This document shows, one piece after another, positions 43,424 to 52,427 of a DNA stretch of 64,000 bases (its first letter is position 1; each line of letters starts with the position of its first letter). The stretch lies in contig DAOTVY010000015.1 in assembly GCA_034436115.1 (NCBI GenBank), positions 19,276-83,275 of the forward strand. The letters run 5' to 3'. The notes beneath the pieces are model-generated. The model did not search any database. It was given only the letters and a program-made list of their open reading frames with translations, and had not been told where the DNA came from. The position numbers and the translations under genes were made by a program. The DNA is from Chloroflexia bacterium (GTDB taxonomy: Bacteria > Chloroflexota > Chloroflexia > DTKN01).

Positions 43424-46303
43424 GTGAAAGCAGCCGGGGTGGTCGTACTCCTCGTCCTGCTGGGGGCGCTCGCGTTAGCCTGGGCAGCCGGTGATCTCGC
43501 GCCTCGTGCTCCAGCGGACACCCCTTGCGCCCCCCTGGAGCTTCCTACACCCCTTCCCAGCGACGAAGCCGCACTCCGGGCGGCGATGGAAGGGGCCCTC
43601 CGTGCTTGGGCAGCAGCCCATCCCCACAGCAAGCCCCTCCGCCTCGGCCTCGTCTGGGCAGAGGCGGACTGGGCCGCCGGGGAAGTGCACGTCGCTTTTC
43701 CCGACACGTATAGCAGCGAAGGGGCGCTGCTGTTGGCCGAAAGGGCGGCCGAAGGCTGGGAGGTACATTTCCCCGGGGAGCCGTCGTACCTAGCACTCCT
43801 GGAGCGTGGCCCTGCGCGCCACCTACCGCGCCCAGCGTTGGAGGCCCTGCGCGCACAGAGCGGGCCAGCCGTGGGGGACACGAGCGGCCTCTACTACCTC
43901 CCCTACTCCGCCGGTACCTCGGTGCTGGTCACCTGTGTCGATTGCTACCCCGGCCACTTTCCCAGCGTCGACCTGTATAGCTTGGGGGATCGCATCCTGC
44001 GCGCTGCCCGGGACGGGACGGTGGCTGCCTGGCGGGATGTGGGGGATTTCTGCTGCTGCCAGTCGGGCTGCGGCGTTTGCAACAGTTACCTCGTGTTGGA
44101 CCACGGGGATGGCGAATATTCCGCCTACCTCCACTTGGTTTCAGGGAGCATCCCCGAACCGCTCCGCCAGATCGGTGCCTTCGTACCACGCGCGACGGCC
44201 ATCGGCATCGAGGGCGATGTCGGCTATAGCTGCGGCAGCAACCGGCCGGAGGTGGGATGCGGCAGCTTTCTACCGACCCCGGGGCAGGGCTGCGGGCGCC
44301 ACGTGCACTTTGAGGTCCGCGATGCCCCGTACCCCTACGGCCAGCGCCTTCGACCGCGCTTTCAGGACGTTTACGAGCAGACAGAGCCACCCACCTACTA
44401 CCTGGAGGAAGGGCGGATTTATGTCTCGGGAAACCTTCCCCCCAGCCCAACCCCTCTCCCTACCCCAACACCGACCCCTGCGCCCACGCCGACCCCAGGG
44501 GCATGCAACCCGCCTGCCGGCAGCGAGGGGGTCTATCTCTTCAGCGAAGCGCGGTTCTGCGGGTATTTCCACCCGTACCTGGTTTCCGCCCCTGCGATCA
44601 CCACCCCATCTCCCCTGAATGAAGGCGTGTGGTCGATCTCCCTCTTCGGGCCCTATACCGCCACCCTCTTTACCGCGCCGGACTACCAGGGCATTCGGGA
44701 AACGTTCCTCGACGGCGACGAGGACCTTTCGGATAACCCCATCTCGACCGAGACCGCTTCCTTACGCGTGCAGCTGGCGGAATGCCCCGTGATCAGCCCA
44801 GGCCTCGTGCTCTATACCTCTTCCGGGTACAGCGGCGCCTGCCGGCGCTTCGGGGAAAGCGACCCGGACCTGGAAGACGATGGCTTGGCGGGGAGCGTGC
44901 GTTCGCTTCGGCTGGTCGGGCCTTATACCGTTACGCTCTACGCGGGCGCGGGGTATACCGGGCCGGCCGAGACGTTTGCCAGCGACGTCCCAGATCTCCT
45001 GGAGCATCCTCTCGGGCGCAACATCCGCTCCTTTCGCCTGGGCTCCCGCCTATGCAATCCTCAGGCCGAAGGGGTGACCGTATTCGCCTTGCCCAGCTAT
45101 GCCGGGGCCTGCCGGACGTTGGTTACCGCCACTGCGGACCTGTCCTCTACCTTGGGGATGATCCCTCGCTCGATCTGGCTGCAAGGCCCCTTTCACGCAG
45201 TCCAGTACGCGGCGCCCGGCTTTACCGGCACGCAGGAACTCCTGCTGGTGAGCGACCCAGACCTGACCGACAACCCGGCCTTTCCGGCGCGCTCGCTGCA
45301 GGTGGTGGGCGGTTCGTGCCTGCCGTGGCGTGAAGGGGTCACGCTCTTTGCGGGATCGGGGTTTAGCGGCGGCTGTCTCACCTTGCGCACAAGCGATCCA
45401 GACCTCTCCGCGAGCGGGTTGGCGGGACATGTGGGATCGATCCGGATCCGTGGACCATACCGGCTGACGCTTTACGCCCTTCCCGGGTTCGCGGGACCCG
45501 CGGAGCAGATCGACCGCTCGGACCCCGACCTTTCGGACAATCCGGTGGGCGTGCAGGCGGCATCCGTGCAACTGGAGCGGATCCCCTGCAACGCTGGTCA
45601 CGGCGGGGTCACTCTCTGGGCACAGCCCGGTTACGACGGCGTTTGCACCACGCTTCGCAGCGACGACGCCGATCTCGGGAACGATGGAATCGGCCGGGAG
45701 AACGCCTTCTCCTTGCGCATCATCGGTCCCTATAGCGTAACCCTGTATTCCGGCGTGGGCTTTACGGGAACACCGGCGGTTGCGCTGGGTGACCTCCCGG
45801 ACCTGGGCAACACCCCGTTCGCCGGTTCCGTCGCCTCCGCGCGCGTACGGCCACTCGGCGTGACACCGCGCCTATGGAACGACCTGCGCCCGTTTGCGCT
45901 CCCGCTTCAGGTTTCCACCCATCCGGCTTGGTATCTCCAGGAAACTGGATATACCTCCAGCAGCCCCGACGACCCCGTGTTGAGCTGCACGGGCAGCAGC
46001 GGGACCCGCACCCTTTGGTATCGGGTATCGGGGAACCAGAGCGCGGTGTTGCACGCGCAAGGCATGGGCCTTGCCGGTCTGGCCCTAGCCCTGTGGACGG
46101 AAGGGCCGGCCGGCCTGCGGGAACTCGCTTGTGGGTCGGGCGAAACGCCCACCCTGCAAGCCGTGATGCTCGCGGGAAGGCCCGTATGGCTCGAGGCCAG
46201 TATTGCTGGGCCTGGAAGCGGCACCCTCGCGCTCCAGGTGTGGCAGAGCCGCCCGTTCGCGATCTACCTGCCCCTGGTCGTACGCGGCCCATCGAGCCCC
46301 TGA
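43424..46303 (+). CDS. Secreted M23 peptidase with five beta/gamma-crystallin-like domains and a C-terminal YLPLV motif
   Basis: Signal peptide; GHFPSVD, LDHGDG..SAYLHL, HVHFEVR; PT-rich linker; ten repeats of G/Y-V-T-L-Y/F...Y/F-x-G...D-P-D-L...S-x-R; ends IYLPLVVRGPSSP. Confidence 0.85.
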   Translation: MKAAGVVVLLVLLGALALAWAAGDLAPRAPADTPCAPLELPTPLPSDEAALRAAMEGALRAWAAAHPHSKPLRLGLVWAEADWAAGEVHVAFPDTYSSEGALLLAERAAEGWEVHFPGEPSYLALLERGPARHLPRPALEALRAQSGPAVGDTSGLYYLPYSAGTSVLVTCVDCYPGHFPSVDLYSLGDRILRAARDGTVAAWRDVGDFCCCQSGCGVCNSYLVLDHGDGEYSAYLHLVSGSIPEPLRQIGAFVPRATAIGIEGDVGYSCGSNRPEVGCGSFLPTPGQGCGRHVHFEVRDAPYPYGQRLRPRFQDVYEQTEPPTYYLEEGRIYVSGNLPPSPTPLPTPTPTPAPTPTPGACNPPAGSEGVYLFSEARFCGYFHPYLVSAPAITTPSPLNEGVWSISLFGPYTATLFTAPDYQGIRETFLDGDEDLSDNPISTETASLRVQLAECPVISPGLVLYTSSGYSGACRRFGESDPDLEDDGLAGSVRSLRLVGPYTVTLYAGAGYTGPAETFASDVPDLLEHPLGRNIRSFRLGSRLCNPQAEGVTVFALPSYAGACRTLVTATADLSSTLGMIPRSIWLQGPFHAVQYAAPGFTGTQELLLVSDPDLTDNPAFPARSLQVVGGSCLPWREGVTLFAGSGFSGGCLTLRTSDPDLSASGLAGHVGSIRIRGPYRLTLYALPGFAGPAEQIDRSDPDLSDNPVGVQAASVQLERIPCNAGHGGVTLWAQPGYDGVCTTLRSDDADLGNDGIGRENAFSLRIIGPYSVTLYSGVGFTGTPAVALGDLPDLGNTPFAGSVASARVRPLGVTPRLWNDLRPFALPLQVSTHPAWYLQETGYTSSSPDDPVLSCTGSSGTRTLWYRVSGNQSAVLHAQGMGLAGLALALWTEGPAGLRELACGSGETPTLQAVMLAGRPVWLEASIAGPGSGTLALQVWQSRPFAIYLPLVVRGPSSP

Positions 46304-46511
46304 TCCGGCGGCACCGAGGAGAGAGGTGTCTGCGCCCAGGCAGCTGCTGGGAGAGCTTTTGACAGAGGGTGCCCGTTCTAACGGCAAGCGGATCTTTTTG
46401 CGGGCTCAGCCTGCCGTGAGCTTCCGCCCGCCTGGGAACACCGGGTGACGGAGGACAGGCACGGGTCAACGAGGAGCATCGGGTTAGACAGCACCTGCAT
46501 CGCGCACGCGT

Positions 46512-46540
46512 TTGACAGCGGGCAAAGCCTGTGATATCAT
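46512..46540 (+). promoter_or_regulatory. Promoter of tRNA-Asp
   Basis: TTGACA-17-TATCAT with extended TG. Confidence 0.85.
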
Positions 46541-46550
46541 ACGCGGTGCT

Positions 46551-46624
46551 GGGGCCGTGGTGTAGAGGCCTAACATGCAGCCCTGTCAAGGCTGAGATCG
46601 GGGGTTCGAATCCCCTCGGCCCCG
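46551..46624 (+). tRNA. tRNA-Asp (anticodon GTC)
   Basis: Acceptor GGGGCCG/CGGCCCC, anticodon arm CAGCC-CTGTCAA-GGCTG, T arm GGGGG-TTCGAAT-CCCCT; CCA not encoded. Confidence 0.97.
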
Positions 46625-46625
46625 C

Positions 46626-46657
46626 AAGGGCGGGCCTTTATGGCTCAGCCCTTTTTT
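46626..46657 (+). terminator. Terminator after tRNA-Asp, overlapping the citE stop
   Basis: AAGGGCGGGCC/GGCTCAGCCCTT hairpin followed by a T tract. Confidence 0.6.
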
Positions 46658-47522
46658 CTTCCTCCAGTTGCTCGGCCAGCGCCAGGAGCCGCCGCGCGCG
46701 CTCGACGATCGGCCGATCGATCATCTTGCCGTCGAGCGCGATTGCCCCGCGTCCCTCGCGCTCGGCCTCCTCAAACGCCGCCAACACGCGACGCGCCTCC
46801 GCGACCTCCGCTTCGCTTGGGGAAAGCAGGCGGTTCACCACCGGGACCTGTCGAGGATGGATCACCTGCTTGGCCCGATACCCCAGCTGCCGCCCGACGG
46901 TCGTGTTGTGCACCAGGCCTGCCTCGTCGTCGATCCGCGGATAGACCATGTCGATCGGCTGCACCCCAGCGGCGCGGGCCGCAAGGACCACCAGTTGCCG
47001 TGCCACCAGCAACTCCGTGGCTTCCTCGGTACGCATCATCCCGGCATCGAGCGAGAGATCCTCCCCGCCGAAGATCAGCCCGACCACCCGCGGATCCGCT
47101 GAGGCGATGGCGTAAGCATTCAGTACGCCCAGCGCGGTCTCGATCGTCGCCAGGATCCCCAGCGGCTCGGCGATCCCGCGTTCCTTCTCTGCCTCGGCCA
47201 GCCACGCGATCACCGTCCGCAACCCCTCGGCATCCTGCACCTTGGGAAGGCAAAGCCCGGCCAAGCCCGGCTGCACGACGGCCGCGATGTCCTCCTGGGC
47301 AAGTCCGCTGCCGTGGGCGTTCACGCGGACAAAAACGGTCCGCGCACCCTCGAGGATCTGTGGCAGCATCTCGCGCACCAGGCTGCGCGCGGCCGCCTTT
47401 TCGGGAAGGGGGACCGAGTCCTCCAGGTCAAGGATTAGCGCATCCGCACCGAGGCTGGGTGCCTTGGCGAGCATGTTAGGCCGGTTTCCCGGGACATACA
47501 GGAGCGTTCGCAGCAGGCGCAT
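46638..47522 (-). CDS. citE: CitE-family (citryl-/malyl-/citramalyl-CoA) lyase
   Basis: RTLLYVPGNR, DALILDLEDSV, FVRVN, LPKV, TIETALG, FGGED, IHPRQV, GKMIDRP; ATG 47522. Confidence 0.92.
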   Translation of the reverse strand: MRLLRTLLYVPGNRPNMLAKAPSLGADALILDLEDSVPLPEKAAARSLVREMLPQILEGARTVFVRVNAHGSGLAQEDIAAVVQPGLAGLCLPKVQDAEGLRTVIAWLAEAEKERGIAEPLGILATIETALGVLNAYAIASADPRVVGLIFGGEDLSLDAGMMRTEEATELLVARQLVVLAARAAGVQPIDMVYPRIDDEAGLVHNTTVGRQLGYRAKQVIHPRQVPVVNRLLSPSEAEVAEARRVLAAFEEAEREGRGAIALDGKMIDRPIVERARRLLALAEQLEEEKRAEP

Positions 47523-47526
47523 GGGG

Positions 47527-47745
47527 CTACTCCTCGTAGAGCTTGTGCAGGCGCAGCGCGCCCGATGGGCACTGCTCCAGGCACAAACCACACAGCGTGC
47601 ACTCGTCCTCGTTCGCCGGATCGGTCAGGAGTTCGTTTCCCTCCAGACGGAAAACGTCCACCGGGCAAACGCGCACGCAAGTTCCACAAGCGTCTGGCCG
47701 GGGGCAGCGCGCGTGGTCCACTTCCAGGCGGATGAACAGGCCCAC
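47527..47745 (-). CDS. 2x[4Fe-4S] ferredoxin
   Basis: GTG 47745: CPRPDACGTCVRVCP and CTLCGLCLEQCP; 72 aa. Confidence 0.9.
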   Translation of the reverse strand: MGLFIRLEVDHARCPRPDACGTCVRVCPVDVFRLEGNELLTDPANEDECTLCGLCLEQCPSGALRLHKLYEE

Positions 47746-47746
47746 T

Positions 47747-48661
47747 TCAGACCTCCTTGGCTGCCCGATCGAGGGCCTCGCGTACGAGCGCGGGCACCTC
47801 CGAGAGGCGCTGAGCCACGAGCACCCCGGCCGCGCGCAGAGCACGCTCCTTGCTCTCCACCCGGCCACGGTCCCCTTCCACGAGCACCGCGGCGTGCCCG
47901 AAGCGTTGTCCGGGCATCCGGTCCACAAATCGGCCAGCCAGGAAGGCCACGACCGGCAACCGAGGACGGTGGGTAGCCACATACTCGGCCAGCGCTTCTT
48001 CCTGCACACCGCCCGGTTCTCCGAACACAACCACGGCTCTTGTGTCGGGGTCGCCCTCCAAGAGGGGCATCAGGTCGACGAAGGTGGTCCCGACGAGTGG
48101 GTCTCCTCCGATGCTCACGCAGATGCTCTGGCCAAGGCCCGACTGCGTGAGGAGGCTCGCCAGTTCGGTGGTCATCCCGCCGCTTCGGGAAAGCACTGCC
48201 ACGGGGCCCGGGGTATAAGCGCGTCGTACATCTTGCGCCGGGCCCCCGACCATGCCGATCTTGACCTTGCCCGGAAGGAGGATTCCCAAGCTGTTGGGGC
48301 CGATGATCCGGGCACCTCGGTGCCGCGCCCAGGCGATGACCTCGGCAACATCTCGCCGGGGAATGCGCTCCGTGACGATGACCAGCAGCCTCAGCCCGTG
48401 TTCCAGCGCCTCCAGCGCCGCTTCCCGAACGGCCGCCGGCGGGACGCTGATTACGGATGCCTCAGCCGGGTGCTCCCGAAGCGCCTGCGCCAGGCTATCG
48501 TACACCGGTACGCCGTAGACCGTGGTACCGCCCTTACCCGGGGTTACCCCGGCAACCACCTGGGACCCATAGTCCAGCATGTGCCGGGTAAAGGTCACGG
48601 CTTCGCGCCCGGTGATCCCTTGGACGACGATACGGGTGGATGGATCGGCCAGAACGGTCAT
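47747..48661 (-). CDS. ADP-forming acid--CoA ligase alpha subunit (SucD/CcsB family)
   Basis: IVVQGITGRE, VAGVTPGKGG, IIGPNSLG, LSRSGGMTTE, SIGGDP, phospho-His FGHAA; ATG 48661 overlaps the beta-subunit stop. Confidence 0.9.
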   Translation of the reverse strand: MTVLADPSTRIVVQGITGREAVTFTRHMLDYGSQVVAGVTPGKGGTTVYGVPVYDSLAQALREHPAEASVISVPPAAVREAALEALEHGLRLLVIVTERIPRRDVAEVIAWARHRGARIIGPNSLGILLPGKVKIGMVGGPAQDVRRAYTPGPVAVLSRSGGMTTELASLLTQSGLGQSICVSIGGDPLVGTTFVDLMPLLEGDPDTRAVVVFGEPGGVQEEALAEYVATHRPRLPVVAFLAGRFVDRMPGQRFGHAAVLVEGDRGRVESKERALRAAGVLVAQRLSEVPALVREALDRAAKEV

Positions 48662-49860
48662 GCCGAACGACTCCTTTCCACCGCCAGGCGTGCCGCCTCG
48701 TCGATGGAAACGCTGCGGTCGCAGAAAGCGATCCCATAGCGGCGCAGGATCTTGGTGCCCTCGTCTTCCCACGCGCCCGGGATGCGAAAGACGGCGATCG
48801 TTTCGCTCGGATCGAGGCCCAGATCCACGATTCCGGCGATGACGCCGCGTGCCACCAAGTCAACCCGCGTGTTGCTGACCACGTTCATGATGACGGCCAG
48901 GCGACGCACGCCAGGTTTGGAGAGGATGTGGCGCGTCAGCGCACGGATCTTGCGCACGCTCGGGTTGCCTCCGATCTCGCAGTAGTTCGCCGGCCGGCCC
49001 CCATGGGCCAGGATCGCGTCGAACACTGTCAGGCTCGCACCGCCTCCTCCGATGAGCAAGCCCAGGTTGCCATCGAACTCGACCACCCGCCCGGCCACAC
49101 CCCGGTGGTCCATCGCATCGATCTCCGCCGCCGCCTGCTCGAAGGGGGTCGGAGGGCGGACAGCCGTGGGCCGCGGGACAATGCCATAGACCTTGCTGAG
49201 CTCCGGATGGCGCCCGAGCGCTTCATCCTCCAGCTCGATGTGGGCGTCGAGCGCAAGGAGCTTCCCCTCGCCCATCCGTCGCAGCGGGTTGACTTCTGCT
49301 ACGGTGGCGTCGAAGCGATAGAACAGCTCGTAGAGCCGGCGAACTGCGTCCCCGAAAGCGAGCAGGTCCGGGCCCTGCAGCGACAGGGCGGCTGCGACCT
49401 CCCGGCCCTTGTAGCCGCCGAACGGCCAAGCCATGTCGACCGGGATACGCACCAGGCCCGTGGGTGCCTCCGCGGCTGCCTGCTCGACGTCCACGCCACC
49501 CTCCAGACTGGCCAGGATGACGGGCGACCGGAGGTACGAGTCGTAGGTCACCGCGAGGAACCACTCCGGCCCGTCCGGCACCGCGGCCTCGACCAGCAGC
49601 TCCTCCACGCGATAACCCAGGAGCTCCGCGCCGAGGAGCTCCGCCGCGACCTGCCCCGCCTCCGTAGCCGTGTGGGCGGAGCGCACACCGCCGGCTTTCA
49701 TGCGCCCACCGCGAGGCACCTGGATTTTGAGCACCACCGGCAAACCCAGGCGCTCCGACGCTTCCTGGGCTGCCTCGGGTGTGCGCACACGCACGCCTTC
49801 AGGGACAGGGATCCCTTGCTCCTTCAACAGCACTTTCGCTTCCCATTCACACAACCGCAT
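48658..49860 (-). CDS. ADP-forming acid--CoA ligase beta subunit (SucC/CcsA family, citryl-CoA-synthetase-like)
   Basis: MRLCEWEAKVLL, KIQVPRGGRMKAGGV, EVNPL, ALDA; substrate loop IGGGGASL, ANYCEIGGNP, ILSKPGV, NTRVD; ATG 49860. Confidence 0.88.
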   Translation of the reverse strand: MRLCEWEAKVLLKEQGIPVPEGVRVRTPEAAQEASERLGLPVVLKIQVPRGGRMKAGGVRSAHTATEAGQVAAELLGAELLGYRVEELLVEAAVPDGPEWFLAVTYDSYLRSPVILASLEGGVDVEQAAAEAPTGLVRIPVDMAWPFGGYKGREVAAALSLQGPDLLAFGDAVRRLYELFYRFDATVAEVNPLRRMGEGKLLALDAHIELEDEALGRHPELSKVYGIVPRPTAVRPPTPFEQAAAEIDAMDHRGVAGRVVEFDGNLGLLIGGGGASLTVFDAILAHGGRPANYCEIGGNPSVRKIRALTRHILSKPGVRRLAVIMNVVSNTRVDLVARGVIAGIVDLGLDPSETIAVFRIPGAWEDEGTKILRRYGIAFCDRSVSIDEAARLAVERSRSA

Positions 49861-49862
49861 CT

Positions 49863-50579
49863 TCACGCTCCGAGGCTTCCAGACTTGCCCTGGACAGCCG
49901 GACGATCCCCCAGCAGCTCGCGCCCCCGCGCCACAAGGCGGGTCAGCGGGATCTGCTTGGGGCAGCTGGCCTCCCACCGCTGGGCAGCCTCTGGGGAAAG
50001 GAGGCCTGCCTGCTCCAGGACCCACAGGCGCACCGGACCGAGGAGATCCCTGGGATCCAGAGCAAAGCGGACGCCCTGGGCCAGCGCCGCCGGATTGGGC
50101 GCCGTGCTGCCACCGGCACCGGCCTGGCATGCCCCGCACAGGATGCACAACGCCCCATCCATGGCCGCTTCCACCGTCGTTTGCTCCATCGTTCCGCCAT
50201 AGTCGGGACGGCGCAGAAGCCAGGGGAGAAAAGCGCGCAGCGATTCGAAAAACGGGTCGATGTCCACCACCAGGTCTCGCAGGACAGGAAAGCCCGGAAG
50301 AGGGCCGATGGAAAGGGAGCCCGAAGGATCGAGGACTTCCGGCACCCGGGTCATACAGGCGAGGCGGGGATGGCCGTTGATGGCGACGGCGCAGGAACCG
50401 CAGATGCCGCTGCGACAGGATCGACGAAAGGCCAGGGTGGCGTCGTGCAGGTCCCGGACCTCGAGCAAGAGATCGAGCACGGTCGAGGTCGGGGAGATCG
50501 TCAACCGGAAGCATTGCCAGTACGGCTCGCGGTCCCGGGTGGGGTCAAAGCGTTGTACCAGGAGGTCGAGCGGGGTCAT
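49863..50579 (-). CDS. sdhB: Succinate dehydrogenase/fumarate reductase iron-sulfur subunit, atypical
   Basis: FRRSCRSGICGSCA...LAC ([2Fe-2S]), VLRDLVVD, CILCGAC, SCPKQIP; [3Fe-4S] cysteines absent; ATG 50579. Confidence 0.88.
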   Translation of the reverse strand: MTPLDLLVQRFDPTRDREPYWQCFRLTISPTSTVLDLLLEVRDLHDATLAFRRSCRSGICGSCAVAINGHPRLACMTRVPEVLDPSGSLSIGPLPGFPVLRDLVVDIDPFFESLRAFLPWLLRRPDYGGTMEQTTVEAAMDGALCILCGACQAGAGGSTAPNPAALAQGVRFALDPRDLLGPVRLWVLEQAGLLSPEAAQRWEASCPKQIPLTRLVARGRELLGDRPAVQGKSGSLGA

Positions 50580-50580
50580 C

Positions 50581-52260
50581 TCAGTACTTCCTCCCTGCCG
50601 GCAGGAAACGGGTGATCGACACCGGTCGTTTTTCCAGCACGGGGCCAGCGGGCGAACGACGCGCGATGGTGTGGACCAGCCAGTGCTCGTCGGCGCGCTC
50701 CGGCCAGTCGGTGCGACAGTGGGCCCCGCGGCTCTCGCAACGGTAGAGCGCGCTCGCGGCAATGACTCGGGCAATCTCCAGCAGATGCCCGCACTCGAGG
50801 TACTCTACCACGGCATAGTTGAAACGGGGAGGCCCTGGATCGAGGCGGATTCCCTGGAAGGTTTGCTGGAGGCGTTCGATCTCCTGGCAGGCGGATTCCA
50901 ATCCAGAGGCATCCCGGAAAATCCCCACCTGGTCGGTCATCAGCTGGTTCAGCGCCTTGCGCACGGCGGCGACTGGCTCCCCACGGGCGCCGGAGCAGAT
51001 GCGCCGCAATTCCGACTCCCAGCGGTCGACCGCCCCCTGGATGCTCTCCGCACTCCCCCAAGGCCGTTCGCGGGCAATTTCGGCCGCCCGGCCCCCTGCA
51101 CGCTTGCCAAAGACCCAGGCATCGAGCAGCGAGTTTCCTCCGAGCCGGTTGGCGCCATGGACGCTGACATTGGCGCACTCCCCGGCGGCAAGCAGGCCCG
51201 GGATCTCCGTCTCTCCCCAGGTGTTGCAACGGATCCCGCCCATACTATAGTGCGCGGCCGGCTCGACCGGCAGGGGATGGTGCGCGATGTCAATGCCGGC
51301 GTAAGTGAGCGCCAGCTGCCGTACCTGAGGAAGACGGGCATCGATCTGATCCGCACCCAGATGCGTGAGGTCGAGGGCGACGTAGCCTTCCCCCAACCCA
51401 CGCCCTTCCAGGATCTCGCGGGCGATCGCCCGCGAGACAACATCCCGGGGGGCGAGTTCCATCGCCTCAGGCGCATAGCGCGCCATGAAGCGCTCCCCAT
51501 TGCGGTTCCGAAGGTAGCCTCCCTCTCCCCGGGCCGCCTCGGAGATCAGGATGTTCTTACCGTATAGGCTTGTCGGATGGAACTGCACGAACTCCATGTC
51601 CGCCAGGGGCGCCCCGGCGCGGTAGGCGATGGCCACCCCATCGCCGGTGCAGGCATGGGCGTTGGTCGTCTTGGCATAGACCCGACCATAACCGCCTGTC
51701 GCGAGCACAACTGCTTTGGCGCGGAACCCGTCCAAACGGCCGTTCGCCAGATCCAGGACGACCACACCTTGACAGCCCCGGTCGTCCACCACGAGATCGA
51801 GCAGATGTTGCTCGGGGTAAACGCGTACGCCCCGGCAAAGCAGCTGCTGGTAGAGGCTATGAAGCGCCAGGTGCCCGGTGTAGTCGGCCGCAAAGCAGGT
51901 ACGCGGGAAGCCGGCACCACCGAGGGAGCGCTGGGCGATCCGGCCATCCGGCGTGCGGGAGAAGAGCACGCCCATCTCCTCCAGCTCGGCGATCGCCGCA
52001 GGCCCTTCCTGGCAGAGGATCTCAATCGCTTCCTGATCTCCCAGGTAATCGCTTCCTTTCACCGTGTCCAGGATATGGCGCTCGATGCTGTCGTCCGCCC
52101 CCAACGCGGCGTTGATCCCGCCCTGGGCGGCGCCGCTGTGGGAACGGGTGGGATAGAGCTTGGAGACGACGCCGACGTCCGCGCCGGCACGCAGTGCCTC
52201 CAGTGCTGCCCGCAGGCCGGCCAACCCGGCACCGATGATCAGCACCTCGTGGTGATGCAT
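50581..52260 (-). CDS. sdhA: Succinate dehydrogenase/fumarate reductase flavoprotein subunit
   Basis: [22 protein letters not shown] (covalent-FAD His), [46 protein letters not shown]. Confidence 0.93.
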   Translation of the reverse strand: MHHHEVLIIGAGLAGLRAALEALRAGADVGVVSKLYPTRSHSGAAQGGINAALGADDSIERHILDTVKGSDYLGDQEAIEILCQEGPAAIAELEEMGVLFSRTPDGRIAQRSLGGAGFPRTCFAADYTGHLALHSLYQQLLCRGVRVYPEQHLLDLVVDDRGCQGVVVLDLANGRLDGFRAKAVVLATGGYGRVYAKTTNAHACTGDGVAIAYRAGAPLADMEFVQFHPTSLYGKNILISEAARGEGGYLRNRNGERFMARYAPEAMELAPRDVVSRAIAREILEGRGLGEGYVALDLTHLGADQIDARLPQVRQLALTYAGIDIAHHPLPVEPAAHYSMGGIRCNTWGETEIPGLLAAGECANVSVHGANRLGGNSLLDAWVFGKRAGGRAAEIARERPWGSAESIQGAVDRWESELRRICSGARGEPVAAVRKALNQLMTDQVGIFRDASGLESACQEIERLQQTFQGIRLDPGPPRFNYAVVEYLECGHLLEIARVIAASALYRCESRGAHCRTDWPERADEHWLVHTIARRSPAGPVLEKRPVSITRFLPAGRKY

Positions 52261-52385
52261 ATGCCCTCCTGACGCGCGTTGGAAGCCGGTGACCCCCTTG
52301 CACGCACGCGCCCGAGGAGCTCAAGCAGTGGAGGGCGGCCAGGACCCCGGCCACCCGGGAGCCTCAAAGCCGCCCTCCACAGCGA

Positions 52386-52424
52386 CCCCGCAACCCTGCC
52401 CCGCGTGGGCGGATGCTTGCGGGG
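52386..52424. repeat. GC-rich inverted repeat after the lactonase gene
   Basis: CCCCGCAA (52386-52393) / TTGCGGGG (52417-52424); no U tract on the minus strand. Confidence 0.75.
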
Positions 52425-52427
52425 ATC

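Noticed and set aside
47747-49860. Plain sucCD (succinyl-CoA synthetase) annotation
   Set aside because: The succinate-binding loop NGAGLAM and the SRSGTLTYE motif are replaced, so the gene symbols were withheld.
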